Source: Squalus acanthias
Lineage: Eukaryota
Direction of reading: 5' to 3'
Length of the DNA: 64,000 nt
Assembly: GCA_030390025.1 (NCBI GenBank)
Contig: CM059432.1
Location: 35,466,001 to 35,530,000 of the forward strand
In this document: one piece after another, positions 21,507 through 34,537 of the stretch
Layout: each line of letters opens with the position of its first letter
Position numbering within the stretch: the stretch's first letter is position 1
Program-made: the position numbers and the translations under genes
The notes under the pieces: generated by a model
The model's input: the letters and a program-made list of their open reading frames with translations, nothing else
Databases searched by the model: none
Told to the model about the DNA's origin: nothing

Positions 21507-24500
21507 CGCTCGCAGGGAGAAGAGGAGGACGCAACCCAGACAGCCCCTTTCTGGCCGGGATATCCAGGATAGAATCCTCTGTCTGCGGTACGAGTGACCA
21601 CAACCCCAATTCCCCTTTCAGCATTTGTCCCACACCTTACCTTCCCTTTATTTCTGACCGTGTTCTCTTCATTACAGTGCTGAAATAAAAGCACCTCAAA
21701 GCAAACCTTCCAATCCAACTTTATACATCTATCCATCCAATATGGCATCAAGAAATCAACTCGTCACCCTTATGCATTTCCTTAGTGACTGTCTTATGTG
21801 TGCCTTTGCCTATCCTACTGATGTCACGCAGTGCTACCCCAGTGGCTGCAGCATGGCTGGTGGAAGGCTGCTGACTTTCAGTGGGGGACACTGCAAATGG
21901 CCTTGCTGGTCGACCTTGAGGAGCTGGTGGCTGGGAGTGTGAAATCGAGTGACGGTGTCTCTGCTTCTCCTTCTCCTCTTTCTTCTTCTCCTTCTCCTTC
22001 CTCCCTTCCTCCTCCTCCTCCTCCCCCTTCTTGGTCACCCACTGTCTGGGCAGGCTGCATTTCTTGGGTGTGTGAAATGAGGAAGGCACAAGGGTGGAGT
22101 TGTGGTGAGGGGAAAGCAAGAGGTGCATGTGAGAAGAAGGATAACGTATGAGGATACCAGCATCTTGTATCCTTTCAGCCCCTGCTGCTGGCCAAGGGCT
22201 CAGCCATGCCCCTGCCAAGAATGGCTAGCACCGTCTCCTCTAAAGGGATGAGGTGAAGCTAGGAATGGGAGGTGTGCCTTGTGTTTGGTACAGATTGTTG
22301 GTAGGTAAGCGATGGCAGGGAGGGGGGCTGCAGGATGGGGCGTGCATTTAACAGTGTGTGAGGCTAGTGGTGCAGTTGGTAGGAGATGACTTTTGAAGAT
22401 GCATTCACTGACCTTGACCCATTGGTCTGAGGTCATGAAGCTTCTTTGGGCACTGGAGCCAGGTCGTGAGGGCGACACTGTTGGCAGTGATGGCCTCGGT
22501 GATGTGGTCCCACATCGTTATTTCTGGAGGGCCTCCTGGCCCCTGTAGGTCGAGGACCTCTTTTGCACTGTTGACCCCCTGCACACAGCTGGAGTGCTGT
22601 GTGCGAGACCCTGGGTGCCCCTTCCCTGGCTTGCTAAGCCATTTGTGTTAGTGCTGAAGCACTTTTCCAATTTTTTGAGGTGCGGAAGGGAATTCAGCTT
22701 TAAAAGCTGAAGACTCCCATTTGGCAATTCTTTTTCATAATTTTTTTTTCAGAAGGCAGTTGAGCTGTAAGAGCTGTAAAGCTGCATATTTTTACATCAT
22801 TTTTATTTTTTTCATTTCAGAAGGCACTGCCGACAATGCTTTCTGAAATGACAGCCTCACTTTCAGAGAGTCTGTTCCAACTGCAATGATGCTTTGGCCA
22901 CACTATATTGGGGCCTCCTGCCAGGACCAACACCACCAGGATGGTGTTGCACAGTGAATTAAGCGCTGGCCTAATGTTAATTAGTTCTCAGTGCCAATTT
23001 TTCGGTTCTGCCAGCGCCACCATTTTTGGCGGCCGTTAACACCCGGCCGCTGTGGCACCGGCAGCTTTTGTGGCAGTCACAAATTTCTAGGCCATGTACC
23101 TCATTGTGTGTTTGGAAGATTCTTTTTGTTTATTGGACTCTTTTTTTCAATGAAGATTCTTTGAACAGAAAATACTTCACGCGTAATTGCTGTCAACTTA
23201 TGGTACTGGCTGTCACCCAGTGAAGGGAGTGTAGCCTTGGTTAGTTATAGACTGTCAACCAGTGCAGTTTGAGTCTTCCCGGAACACAGTTATTTTCCAT
23301 TAAAGCTACAATACTCTGGAATGTGGTTTCACCATTGCTTTGTGGAGAGAATCAATGCATTTCCTTTGTGTTCATCCAGTGATACACCCCAATACACCAT
23401 TTGTTTTGGCAATCCCTGCTCTGCCATGTGACAAGATTTGATGTTAAGTCCCTCAGCACTCCTGCTGCACCTTAGTTTGAATAAAAGCTAAGTTGTCTTA
23501 GTTAATCGCCATGATTTAATCAGCCCGTTCCATTGTTACATTGGTCAAATTTTGTTTAATAACTCTCTTGTGAAGTGCCTTGGGACCTTTTACTACGTTA
23601 AAGGTGTTATATAAACGCAAGTTGTTGTTGTTGGTCTTGATTGCCCTTAAGAGGATCCAAAGTGCATTTCTTGATTTGGTACTGTGCCACTAAGATCAAG
23701 AGATCTGAGGTTCTAATCTGTGTCTGAGCCAGGTTAGCTGATATCAGGTGGCTGGCTATTGAGGTGTTGTAATTGGCAGCAGTGCCACTTTGCTAGAAAG
23801 GGGTAAACTCACCCTTGGTTCCCACTACCTGATGATTCCTGCTCAAAAGTTGGACGTGAGGAAAGGTTTGGGCTTGGCTGAGATGCCTCTGATGACAATC
23901 TTTGGCTGGGAGCACACATGAAAAATAGCCACATGATCCCAGATGGAGCCTGTAGAACCCGAGCAAGAGTCCATAGCTTGAGGAGAGTCCATTTTTTAAA
24001 ATGGCATCCTAATGAATGGGCTCAGCCTATGGTAGATTTACAATAGTCAATCCAGATCAGCAGTAATTTTCGACGGCCGAGGTGCATTGTGCTGAATCAG
24101 TCAGTAGCGTATATTGCCCTCATTAACTTCTGCATGATGTCTACTTGGTCTCTGAGGTTGTGTAAAGGAGAATTCTGCAAAGAAGTTATGCCAATTTTTT
24201 CTGCCTCTTTTGCAAACAGAAATGAAAGTGTTGCAACCGGTAATATGTGGTTTTGGGGCGGAGGAAGAGAGATGTCAGGCAAAGTTGAAAGATTGAAAGA
24301 TTTACTAGCTCAATGCGTGAGGCTTACAGTCAGCTCTCTGCAGGAGGCCTCTCTCCATGATCCTCACGCACAGTACGGTGCCATCTTCATTTCCTGTTCC
24401 GATTTTTCCATCCTTTTCTTCCCAAGGTGCTGGCTCATACTAAGTCATGGTTCCCTTGGGCACTGGAAGCCGTCTAGGACCTCCCCCAGCAGACCAATCT

Positions 24501-24579
24501 CGACATACGCCCTAGACAGTGAGTGCCAGCAGGCTATTCGGCCATTGAAGCCCTCAGTTTTGGTTCTGCCAGGACCACT

Positions 24580-26007
24580 TGGCTCCAGATCCCATTACAG
24601 CCTTGGTCCAAACATGGACAAAAGAGCTGAATTCCAGAGGTGAGGTGAGAATGACTGCCCTTGACATCAAGGCTGCATTTGACCGAGTGTGGCATCAAGG
24701 AGCCCTAGTAAAATTGAAGTCAGTGGGAATCAGCGATGCCCACATCCCAGGAACGAATAAAAAAAAAAAGCTCACCAGTCAGCCTTGACGCAGTGGTAGC
24801 ACTCTCTCCCCTGAGCCAGAAGGATCAAGCCCTACACTAGAGACTTGAGCACATAATCTAGGCTGATGCCAGGCCAGATATCCCTGCTCTTCTTCAAATA
24901 GTGGGAATCAGGGGAAAACTCTCCACTGGCTGGAGTCATACCTAGCACAAAGAAATATAGTTATAGTTGTTGGAGGCCAATCATCCCAGCCCCAGGACAT
25001 CGCTGCAGGAGTTGCTCAGGGCAGTGTCCTCGGCCCAACCATCTTCAGCTGCTTCATCAATGACCTTCCCTCCATCATAAGGTCAGAAGCGTGGATATAC
25101 GCTGATGATTGCACAGTGTTCAGTTCCATTCGCAACTCCTCAGATAATGAGGCAGTCCATGCCCGCATGCAGCAAGACCTGGACAACATTCAGGCTTGGG
25201 CTGATGTGTGGCAAATAACATTCACGCCTCACAAGTGACAGGCAATGACCATTTCCAACAAGAGAGAGTTTAGTCACTTCCCCTTGACATTAAACGGGAT
25301 TACTATCACTGAATCCCCCCACCATCAACATCCTGGGGGGTCACCATTGACCAGAAACTTAACTGGACCAACTACATAAATACTGTGGCTACAAGAGCAG
25401 GTCAGAAGCTGGGTATTCCGCAGCGAGTGATTCACCTCCTGACTCCCCAAAGCCTTTCCACCATCTACAAGACACAAGTCAGGGGTGTGATGGAATACTC
25501 TCCACTTGCCTGGATGAGTGCAGCTCCAACAACACTCAAGAAGCTCGACACCATCCAGGACAAAGCAGCCTGCTTGATTGGCACCTCATCCACCACCTTA
25601 AACATTCATTCCCTCCACCATCGGCGCACCGTGGCTGCAGTGTATACCATCTACAAGATGCACTGCAGCAACTCGCCAAGGCTTCTTCGGCAGCACCTCC
25701 CAAACCCGTGACCTTTACCACCGAGAAGGACAAGGGCAGCAGTTGCATGGGAACACCACCACCTCCAAGTTCCCCTTCAAGTCACACACCATCCTGACTT
25801 GGAAGTATATCGCCGTTCCTTCATTGTCGGTGGGTCAAAATCCTGTAACTATCTCCCTAACAGCACTGTGGGAGTACCTTCACCTCACAGACTGCAGTGA
25901 TTCAAGAAGGCGGTTCAATACCACCTTCTCAAGGGCAACTAGGGATGGGCAGTAAATGCTAGCTTTGTCAGCAATGCCCAATCCCATGAGTGAATTAAAA
26001 AAAAAAA
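24580..26007 (+). mobile_element. LINE family A, 5'-truncated RT and 3' tail with poly(A); interrupted at about 24732-24900
   Basis: Collinear with 15550-16770 and ends in GAATTAAAAAAAAAAA. The interruption holds a short LINE A tail and a Deu-SINE piece, with AGTGGGAATCAG duplicated around it. Confidence 0.92.
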
Positions 26008-26169
26008 GATATTTTTGGCCCATCTTTCATCAAAAATATGGCACCTCTGACAACGGAGTTCAGTATTGAACTGAAGTACCAGCAGAGAACACCTCCTCAA
26101 GTCTATAGTGGGGTTTAAACCTACAGTCTTCTGACTCAGAAGTGCGAGTGTTATCAACTGAGACAGAAG

Positions 26170-26508
26170 CTTGAGCATAAGAATCTAGGCTGTACTCCAG
26201 TGCAGTACTGAGGGTGTGCTGTACTGTCGGAGGTGCCATCTTTTGGATGAGACTTTAAACTGAGGCCCCATTGGTTCTCAACTAGATGTAAAAGATCCCA
26301 CCGCACTGTTCACAGAAGAGCTGGGGAGTTCTTCCAGTGTCCTGACCAACAATTATCTGATTATTTATCTCATTGCTTTTTGTGGGACCATGCTGTGCAC
26401 AAATTGGTTGCTGCATTTCCTACATTCCAACAGTGACAATACTTCAATGGCTGCAATGCACTTTGGGACATCATGAAAGGTGCTATATAAATGCAAGTTC
26501 TTTTCTTT
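26170..26508 (+). mobile_element. Deu-domain SINE, flanked by two reverse-strand head fragments (26030-26165, 26565-26730)
   Basis: Core and tail motifs as in 17148-17595. Confidence 0.78.
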
Positions 26509-26741
26509 GATTGTGATGCTGTCTTCGTCCCAAATCCATGCATGCCTGCTCTGTCCAGCTTGGTTTAACAACTCAGTTGAAAGACGTTACCTCTGACAGT
26601 GCCACGCTCCTTCAGTACTGCACTGGAGGGTCAGCCTAGATTATGTATTCGAGTCTCTGGATTGGGGCTTGAACTTGCAACCTTCTGGCTCGGGCGAGAG
26701 CTAAGGTTGGCAATGAGCTAGTGACACTTTTGAGATGCTTT

Positions 26742-27494
26742 GGGCGCGAAATTCGGTTACGCCCCGTTTGGGGGCGGTAACCGAGTTAAGGCCGGACATT
26801 TAACGCCAGGCGCGGAAGTACCGCCCCAGCCACTAAATTCAGCATACCGCCCCGCACAGGAAGTGGAGCACAATCTCAGACGCTCCACTTCCTGGTGGGG
26901 TGGTAACCGAGGCGATGTCGGGGTGCGATCGGCAGCGCTCCACGGGGAGCTGCCGTGCTTCAACGCACCTCCCCTTCAGTTACAGGGGAGGGCTGCTGCA
27001 CACTCTGCAGGGCCTCCGATGGCCCGCACTAGGCCACCAGGGCGGTGTGGTGCCAGGGCAGCATCCTGGCACCGAGACATGGTGCCGGGCTGCGCGATGA
27101 TGGCCAGGACCACGCCACAGCACACCACGGAGGGCTAACCTGGAGGTTGGCCAGAAAAGAAAATGGCGGCGCGGGTCGCAGCCGCACCTCCCCTTTAAAT
27201 ACCACCCTGCGAGCGGAGGTCGGCCCGGCTCGCAACCTGCGAGGCCGGCGCTGACATCACCTGCGGCAGCCTCAGAGCACAGCTGAATTTCTGCCGCAGG
27301 GCGGTAAGGGGCCGCGGCGCACAAGATGCCAGCGGCGCAGCGGCCCGGGGCTACCGGTGGGGACACGCCGCTATCGGGTAGCACCTCAGCAACGCCCCGC
27401 CAAATTTCTCGGGAGGTTTGCACCCCCCGGACGATAAGCCCTTTGCTCCCCGGAGGCGCTAACGGCAGGTGCAAAGGAGCCAAATTTCTAGCCC
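26742..27494. mobile_element. Non-autonomous Harbinger-type element, CpG-rich
   Basis: TIR GGGCGCGAAATT / AATTTCTAGCCC (10/12); 3-bp TSD TTT. Confidence 0.85.
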
Positions 27495-28128
27495 TTTATC
27501 TTTTATTGTTTTAGGAACAAATGAGGGGGGAAGAAAAGCTTGGCAAACACATTTCTTGAAGACGGCATCCGTTTAAGATGTGGGAGGGGAGAAATTGGTC
27601 TTGGCCAGAAGTGCAAAACATGCTCAAAGCAAATCGGCAGCCCTTTTTACACCGCGTGGTAAGGAAAATCGGACGTGGTGTGAAACTGGCTGCTGATTCA
27701 CCGTAAGTGGTATTCTTGCCCAAGGTACTGAGCGTGCTAAAGACTGTTTATGAACTCCACTTTGACTCAGAAAGGGTTACAGTGTGTTTTTTTTCCCCTT
27801 TTGCAGTTAGAGAGTGACTAAACACTTTACTGCTGCTTGTTGCAATCGGTCTTATCGTTTCAATGCTGCTGGCCACATCCGTAGTGAGAGAGAAAGGGGA
27901 AAAAAAACTGAGCCATCCTCCACCCTCCATAAACTTGAGCTTGTCCAAAACACTTGCCTGTATCCTCACCTGTACCAAGTCCCACTCACCCATCACCCCT
28001 GTGCTACAGGTGACCTATATTAGATCCCGGTCCACCAATACCTCAAATTTAAAATTCTCACCTTCATGTTTAAATCCCTCCATATCCTTGCCCCTCCCTA
28101 TCTCTGTACTCTCCTCCAGCCCTACAAC

Positions 28129-28280
28129 CAATGTTCCCTCTAAGTTGCACGTGTGCATAGCCGCACAGCAATCGGGAAGGTCACTCACAATCTGTTCCCT
28201 GTATGATGCAGTGCGTGCGGTGCAGCCGTGCAGCAAATTTTAAGGTACTGCGCACAAAAAAAAAATGAGAGGAAACATTG
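28129..28280. mobile_element. 152-bp MITE, hAT-like termini
   Basis: TIR CAATGTTCCCTCT / AGAGGAAACATTG (12/13); no convincing 8-bp TSD. Confidence 0.65.
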
Positions 28281-28294
28281 CCCAAGAACTCTGG

Positions 28295-29037
28295 GGGGTA
28301 AAAATTCAGTTGGTTGCGCCTCCCGTTAGCGCCTTAAGAGGGCGCTAATGGGGCGCAAAGCCGCTAACGCCCGGGCGCAGCGATGTTTGCGCCGCTCGGG
28401 AACTTAACTAGAAATTGTGCGGCGGCGCTAAACCTTACCGCTGCGACCACCTGCGCGCGCAGATTGTGACGTCATTCCATGGTGCAACGCCCTTGTGGCG
28501 CCCTGGAGCGGAAATTGAGTGGCGCCCCCTGCCTTACCGCCTGGCGCATCCAACGACCGGAAGACTGGAACGCTATCAATCGCTGTGGGGCTGGGGGGGG
28601 GGCGCTATTTAAAGGGGGCCTCTTCCTGTCTTTTTCTGTGGTTGACATTTTTGCACCACTCGTTCTGAGAGAGAGAGAGAGATTCGGAGAGAGAGAAAGA
28701 GAGACTTCTGCATTGAGTCAACGCTTTGTGAGGTAGTTTTGCCTACTGATCCTAACAGTTGGCCCCCCCCCGCTTTAAGAACTGGCCGGCGCCAGTGTGT
28801 CTGTGTTCCCTCGCTAACTGGCAGCAGCTGCGCTGCGCTCGCGCGCTGAGTTAGCGCCTCACTGCTCGGCCTTTGCGCCTTAAGACAGGTGTGCAGCGCC
28901 TGATTTAGCGCTCCACTCACCTCCCGGGGCGGTAAAAGTGAAGTTTCCAGTCAGTGGCGATAATTAGCGCCAGGCGCTAATATTTGCGTCCAGACGATAT
29001 TTGCGCCCCAAATGGGGCGCGACCTAATTTTTCCCCC
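28295..29037. mobile_element. Non-autonomous Harbinger-type element (sister of 35101-35995)
   Basis: TIR GGGGTAAAAATT / AATTTTTCCCCC; TSD TGG. Confidence 0.9.
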
Positions 29038-29734
29038 TGGGTTCCTCCAACTCTGGCCTCTTACACCCCCCACTCCCTTCACCCCACCATTAGCAGCCAT
29101 ACCTTCAGCCGTCTAGGTCTGTAATTACCTTCCTAAACCGCTCGGTCTCTCAATCTCTCTATTCTCCTTCAAGACCCTCCCTAAAACCATTTTTGACCAA
29201 GCTTTTGGTCACCTTTATTACTATCTCTTTTGGCTTGGTGATCATTTGTTGTCTAAATCACAATCCTGTGAAGCACCTTAGGATGTAAATACATTAAAGG
29301 ACTGCAAGTTGTTGTTGGTTCTCGCTGGTACCGCCTGCAGTTTCTACTCTCACTGCAAACTTTCAACCCAGGCTCCACTCCCTGACAGTTGACGCAGGGT
29401 TAAGTATGTTCATTTTCCCACCTTCTTTCCTGAGCACTGGGATACACTTCCACAGGTCCCATTGGAACCTTGTCCCAGTGCGTACTATTAGCGCAAGCTT
29501 AACCATCGCCAGACCGTTTGAACACTGAGAGCGTCGCAACCATATATCCTGGTCTCGCCTAATGTCGACACGTGGAACTTTCAGCAGGGATCACTGGATA
29601 GAAATCAAATGGATATTGTTTTGCACTCCCTAGCGCAGGGGTCCTGAGGCCAGTTGTTATGTCACTACTGCTAATTCAGCACAGACCAAGAATCAAACCT
29701 GGGATCTTCTGCTGTGTATGGCTTCGTATTGTAC

Positions 29735-30525
29735 TCACTGTGCAGTGGTCACTCCTACCAATGCTGTGATGGACAGATGCATCTGTGACAGGTAAATTGG
29801 TGAGGATGAGGTCAAGTAGGTTTTTCCCACCACCTGCCGCAAGCCCAGTCTGGTAGCTATGTCCTTCAGAGCTCGGCCAGTAGTGGTGCTACCGAGCCAC
29901 TTTTAGTGATGGACCCCCACCCAGAGTATATTCTAAGAACATAAGAAATAAGAGGAGTAGGCCATATGGCCCCTCGAGCCTGCTCCGCCATTCAATAAGG
30001 TCATGGCTAATCATCGATCTCAACTCCACTTTCCCGCCCGATCTCCATATCCCTTGATTCTGTGTCTTTGCTACCCTCAGTGGCTTCTTACAAGTGGTGT
30101 TCAACATGGAGGAGTACTGATTCATCAACTGAGGGAGGGCAGTAAGTGGTAATCAGCAGGAGGTTTCCTTGCCCATGTTTGACCTGATGCCATGAGACTT
30201 CATTGGGTCCGGAGTCAATATTAAGGACTCGCAGGGCCACTCCCTCCTGACTGCATACTACTGTGCCGTCACCTCTAGTGGGTCTATCCTGCTGGTGGGA
30301 CAGGACATACCCATAGATGGTGATGGGGAAGTCTAGGACGATGGTTGAAAGGTATGATTCTGTGAACATGACTGTCATGCTGTTGCTTGATTAGTCTGTG
30401 GGACAGCTCTCCCAATTTTGGCACAAGTCCCCAGATGTTAATGAGCAGGACTGTGCAGGGTGGACTGGGCTGGGTGTGCCTTTATCGTGTCCGAATCTGA
30501 TGCCTAGGTCGATGCTGAGTGGTCT
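29735..30525 (-). mobile_element. LINE family A APE-region fragment with nested CR1 tail (29935-30056)
   Basis: ORF 30088-30378 (TESYL...QDRPTRG). The CR1 tail is flanked by an ATTCT duplication. Confidence 0.88.
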
Positions 30526-31411
30526 TGGACCAAACATCAAACATTTAATCAACTGAGGGAAAGATAATTAAGCAAAACTCCAGAATATTCATCCATCCTG
30601 CTGTCTCTATCTTCAACCTTAGCTCATGAAGCATCGTGACTCATGGATTATTTAATCTCTTTTTGTACCTATCCCTATAACCACCAATCCAATTCCCAAA
30701 CAAATATTTATCCAGCTCCTTTTTGAAGGAGCAAATCTACACAACGCCAACTCGGGGTGTATTATTGGCAAGATAGAGTGATGACAGCACCAACATGACC
30801 TGCATCCAAGTCATGGCTATTACAGGCACAGCTTTTGTGGGATGGACATGTCCACATCTCAGTCAAATGTAAGTGTTGTTCGCCCATCGCCCCTGTCCTG
30901 CTGCCATCCAACTGGCTTCTTGTTTCTCAACATATTGGCCGTGAAATTCCCCCTCTTAGCATCTGCATTTAAAGATGGTTTCGGCAGATAAATGGCAGCC
31001 GCCTTACTTCTGGCCATTTCCGGCGCAGGCCACGGCCATCGCCATTTTGGTGAGGTCAGTCGCACGGCCATTGCCTGGGTTAGGCAGAAGAATGCCAATG
31101 AGATAGATCGTAACGTCAATCAGCGTGCAATGCTGATTTGATGCAGGACCTGCTATTTTAGACATTGCTGCTCAACTGCACGCCCTCTCCAGCTGCACAA
31201 GGGACCCCCCACCAATCACATTTAAAGGGATAATCAACAACTTGCAGGTAACTTGTATTTTGATTTCTGCTGGCTCTATGTAAGTTTGTGGAACTGTTTG
31301 GAGCTTTCTACAGTTATTTAAAGTTGGTGAGGTGACGGGGAGTGGTGCTGTAAGTGGAAAAGGCCTTGCTTCTGAATTCAAGGGTTCTGCTCGGACCACT
31401 TGCTCCCAGCC

Positions 31412-32470
31412 ATGGGGGCTCTGCTTGCAGTCCCCCTCATGTTGCAGCATGACTGGGAGATGGAGCAGAGGCAGCAAAGAAGAGGACAAGCTGCTCGCAG
31501 AGGGAGGAAGAGGAGGGGCAGGAGGGCGCTCAGCAGGAGGCCTTACCCAGCTAGGGTCTTCCAAGAGCACTTCTCCTACCTGCACTTAAGCCAGGAGCAG
31601 TGTATTTGGAGGCTCCACTTCACCAAGGAGATGGTCACAGAACTCTGCCACCTCTGCAGCCTCAGAGCAGAGCGACAACGGGTCTCCCAGTGGCCCTCAA
31701 GTTTTTCGCCACTGGATCCTTCCAGTCTGGAGCAGGAGACATTGCTAACATCACCCAGTTTGTCGTTCAGTGCTGCATCTGAGAGGTCACAGAGGCTCTG
31801 TACTCTAGGAGAAGGGACTTCATTGTCTTCTCTCTGAACAGAGAGAAGCAGGAGGAGCATGCATGTGGCTTTGCCAGGATATCGGGCTTCCCCATGGTGC
31901 AGGACGCCATCGACTGCACACACGTGGCTTTGCGGGCACCACATATCAATCCTGAGCTGTACCGCAACTGCAAAGGCTACCACTCACTTAATGTGCAGTT
32001 GGTGTACGACCACGCCCAGCGCATCATGATGGTGAATGCCCGCAGTCATGATGCCTTCATCCTGTGCTAGCAATCTTCCAGCCACCATGTCGAACCTGAG
32101 GGTGGTTGCACAGAGACAAGGGCTATCCGCTCTACTGATGACTCCCCTCCGCAACCCCACCACTCATGGCCAGCAGTCATATAATAAAAACCATATTGCT
32201 ACGAGGAACCTCATTGAGAAGACCATCGGGGTGCTAAAGCAACGGTTCTGCTGCCTTGACTGCTCGGGAGGAGCCCTCCAGTACACGCCGGAGTATGTGT
32301 CCCATTTCATGGTGGTCTGCTGCATCCTCCACAACTTGACCATCATGAGGGCGCAGCCCTTGCCACCACAGGTTCCGTGACCACCTCAGGAGGAGGAAGG
32401 GAGGAGGCAGGCAACAAATCCCTGTTTCCGACGGGCTTTCTGTGAGTGCCTCATCAGACTCCACTTCCAA
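31412..32470 (+). pseudogene. Harbinger (HARBI1-like) DDE transposase pseudogene
   Basis: ALKFFATGSFQ, GFPMVQDAIDCTHV, KGYHSLNVQLV, DKGYP, RNLIEKTIGVLKQRF and CCILHN across frameshifts and stops. Confidence 0.92.
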
Positions 32471-32692
32471 AGAATGAAACTCCAGATCCTCGTTTCTCAA
32501 AACTTCACCACCTTACCATCCCTCTGTCACAGAACATCACAGCATCCTCTTGGGCACAAAGCTGAAATGAGAGCCACCACAAAACAAACATTCCAAACAA
32601 AATTTATAAATGATTCAATCCAATACTACATATCAAAGTCAACTAATCACCCTTGTGCTTTCCCTTAATGTCTGTCTTTCGTGTTCCTTTGC

Positions 32693-34537
32693 TTATTTTA
32701 GTGCTCCTACGCTTATTTTAGTGCTCCTACGCAGTGCTACCCCAGTGGCTGCAGCATGGCTGGTGGAAGGCTGCTGCTTTTCTGTGGGGGACACTGCAGA
32801 TGGCCCTGCAGGATGGCCTCGAGCAGTTCTGGGCCTAGAAAGCCCGGCTGTAGACTGCACTACCTCAGCATGGGTGGCAGCAGTCTGGGCTGGATGGCTG
32901 ACGGGCAGCAGCAAGGCACTGGCGGAGTGGTAGTGGTGAGAGTACGAATGCTGTAATTCTGAGAAAGGACAGCAGGTTCTTGCTCCACGGAGCCACTACC
33001 ACTCCCTGGGCATTCCTAGCCAACTGTTGGAGCACAGATTGCTGGACTGCTGTGAGACCGTGCAAGCATCTTTCCACACTCGTAAACCCAGCCACGATGA
33101 CATTAGTCTGTGTCTGCGTGGCACCAAACTGAGCCTGCATGAGAGCAGTCTGAGCTTCCACTGTAGCACTCAGACATTGGGTCACTTCTGCTTGTGCTGT
33201 AATGGAAACTGTGACATCTCCCATCACACCCAGCATCATGGTTGGGTCCACAAGTGCTGCAATGGTGTTCTCCATTACTTCCATCCTGGAAATCATGGGC
33301 TCCAAGCTCCATGCAAAGCTCCGTGCAATGTTGAAGCTGGACTCCTCCATGCTTATTGAAGCTCTCTGGCAGGCCTGCCATTGCACGAAGCATTTCTGTG
33401 TGCATGCACATCACCCTTCTTCTTAGGCTGCCTCATCAAAATCCTCATCTGAGTCCTGTAGAACTCGTGTACGAACTCGCCCTCCGGGGAGTTGGCACCC
33501 AAGATATCCTATCCCCCAGCCTGACTGCAGCCCACTCGTGCCCAGTGACTCACCACGTGCAGATCCCGCCTCTATACTACCCACTAAAGTACGTGCAGTG
33601 CCATTTTCTGAGCTGGTGCCTGGGAGTGCCTCTTCTTCTCCAACACTCTCCTCCTCTAGTTGGTCGGGGACTGGCTGGGTTGCTGGCAGTTCTTGGGTAT
33701 CTGAAAGGAGAAAGGCACAAGGGTTGGGTTGTGGTGAGGAGAAGGGGGAAAGCAAGATGTGCATCCTTACACCATCAGCAGCTTGTAAGTGAGAAGAGAT
33801 TGTGTGATGAGGGGGAAGTGGGATGTGAGAAGAAGAATTAGGTATGAGCATACAGTCATCATCAATGCTTTCAACCTCACTGCTCACCATGGCCTTGTTG
33901 ACAGGCCTCCAATCATCTCCATCACAGTCTCCCAGTCTCCGCCAGTGCAGTAACGTTCTGCAGACGTGCTTCACCCCCCACCTGTCCGCTGCTGCTCACG
34001 GCGGCTGTGAGCCTCCTTGGCCTGCAACAGAAAAGGAAGTGCATCAGTGAGTGTGGTGCAATGTGTTTGGGTCATGTGCCTGTCATGGTTGAATAGCTGA
34101 CATTTTGTGCAAGGTATGAGATGTGGGCGTGAGGCTTGCAGCAGTGGTAAGTCTCTGAGGGCGAGGTGAAACTATGATTGTGAGGTATGAGTCGTGATTG
34201 CTAGAGCTTGTTGGTAGATGAATGATGGGGGTGTGATGCATTGAGCAGTGTGTGAGGCTAGTGGTGCAGTTGGTGGGATATTGCATTTGAAGATGCATTC
34301 ACTCACCTTGACCATTCGTGTGAGGTCATTAAACTTCTTGTGGCACTGGATCCAGGTCCTGGAGGCAATACTGACAACTTGGGCTGTCTCCTCCCACTGC
34401 CTTCTGAAGTTCTGTCTCGAAGGTCTCCTGCCCCCCTGCGGGTAGAGGACCTGTTTTCTTCTGTGTACCCCGTGGACCCAGGCCTCCAGTGCTGCATCTG
34501 AGAAGTGCCGTGCCCTTTCTCTTCCCTGTTGCGACAT
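32693..34537 (-). pseudogene. Harbinger Myb/SANT-like DNA-binding protein pseudogene, 3 exons (34537-34307, 34021-33854, 33700-~32693)
   Basis: RARHFSDAALEAWV...QWEE...RTWIQCHKKFNDL trihelix/MSANTD-type motif. Donors AAG|GTGAGT and ACT|GTATGC, acceptors TTGCAG and TTTCAG. Confidence 0.82.

Larger units (their letters stand above)
19186..23093. mobile_element. Defective PIF/Harbinger element with Myb/SANT remnant, interrupted by CR1 and Penelope fragments
   Basis: Perfect TIR GGCCTAGAAATT / AATTTCTAGGCC. 21690-22700 is homologous to 32560-34540 (WVKVSECIFK vs MVKVSECIFK). TSD is not clean (TAT vs ATG). Confidence 0.8.
18928..23480. repeat. Inverted repeat arms 18928-19142 and 23264-23480, derived from an ancient CR1 relic
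   Basis: Arms are reverse complements over about 215 bp (e.g. CTCCACAAAGCAATGGTGAAACCACATTCCAGAGT and its complement). Confidence 0.85.
27910..29320 (+). mobile_element. L2 LINE 3' fragment carrying two nested DNA elements
   Basis: Collinear with L2 44925-45430 once 28129-28280 and 28295-29037 are removed. Confidence 0.8.

Noticed and set aside
26740..27514. GC-rich ORFs or second-gene CpG island (also 28415-28920, 35221-35769, 49541-50004)
   Set aside because: They lie in or mostly within TIR/TSD-bounded non-autonomous transposons.
31412..32470. Domesticated HARBI1 host gene
   Set aside because: Multiple frameshifts and stops, and still enclosed by TIRs and a TSD.
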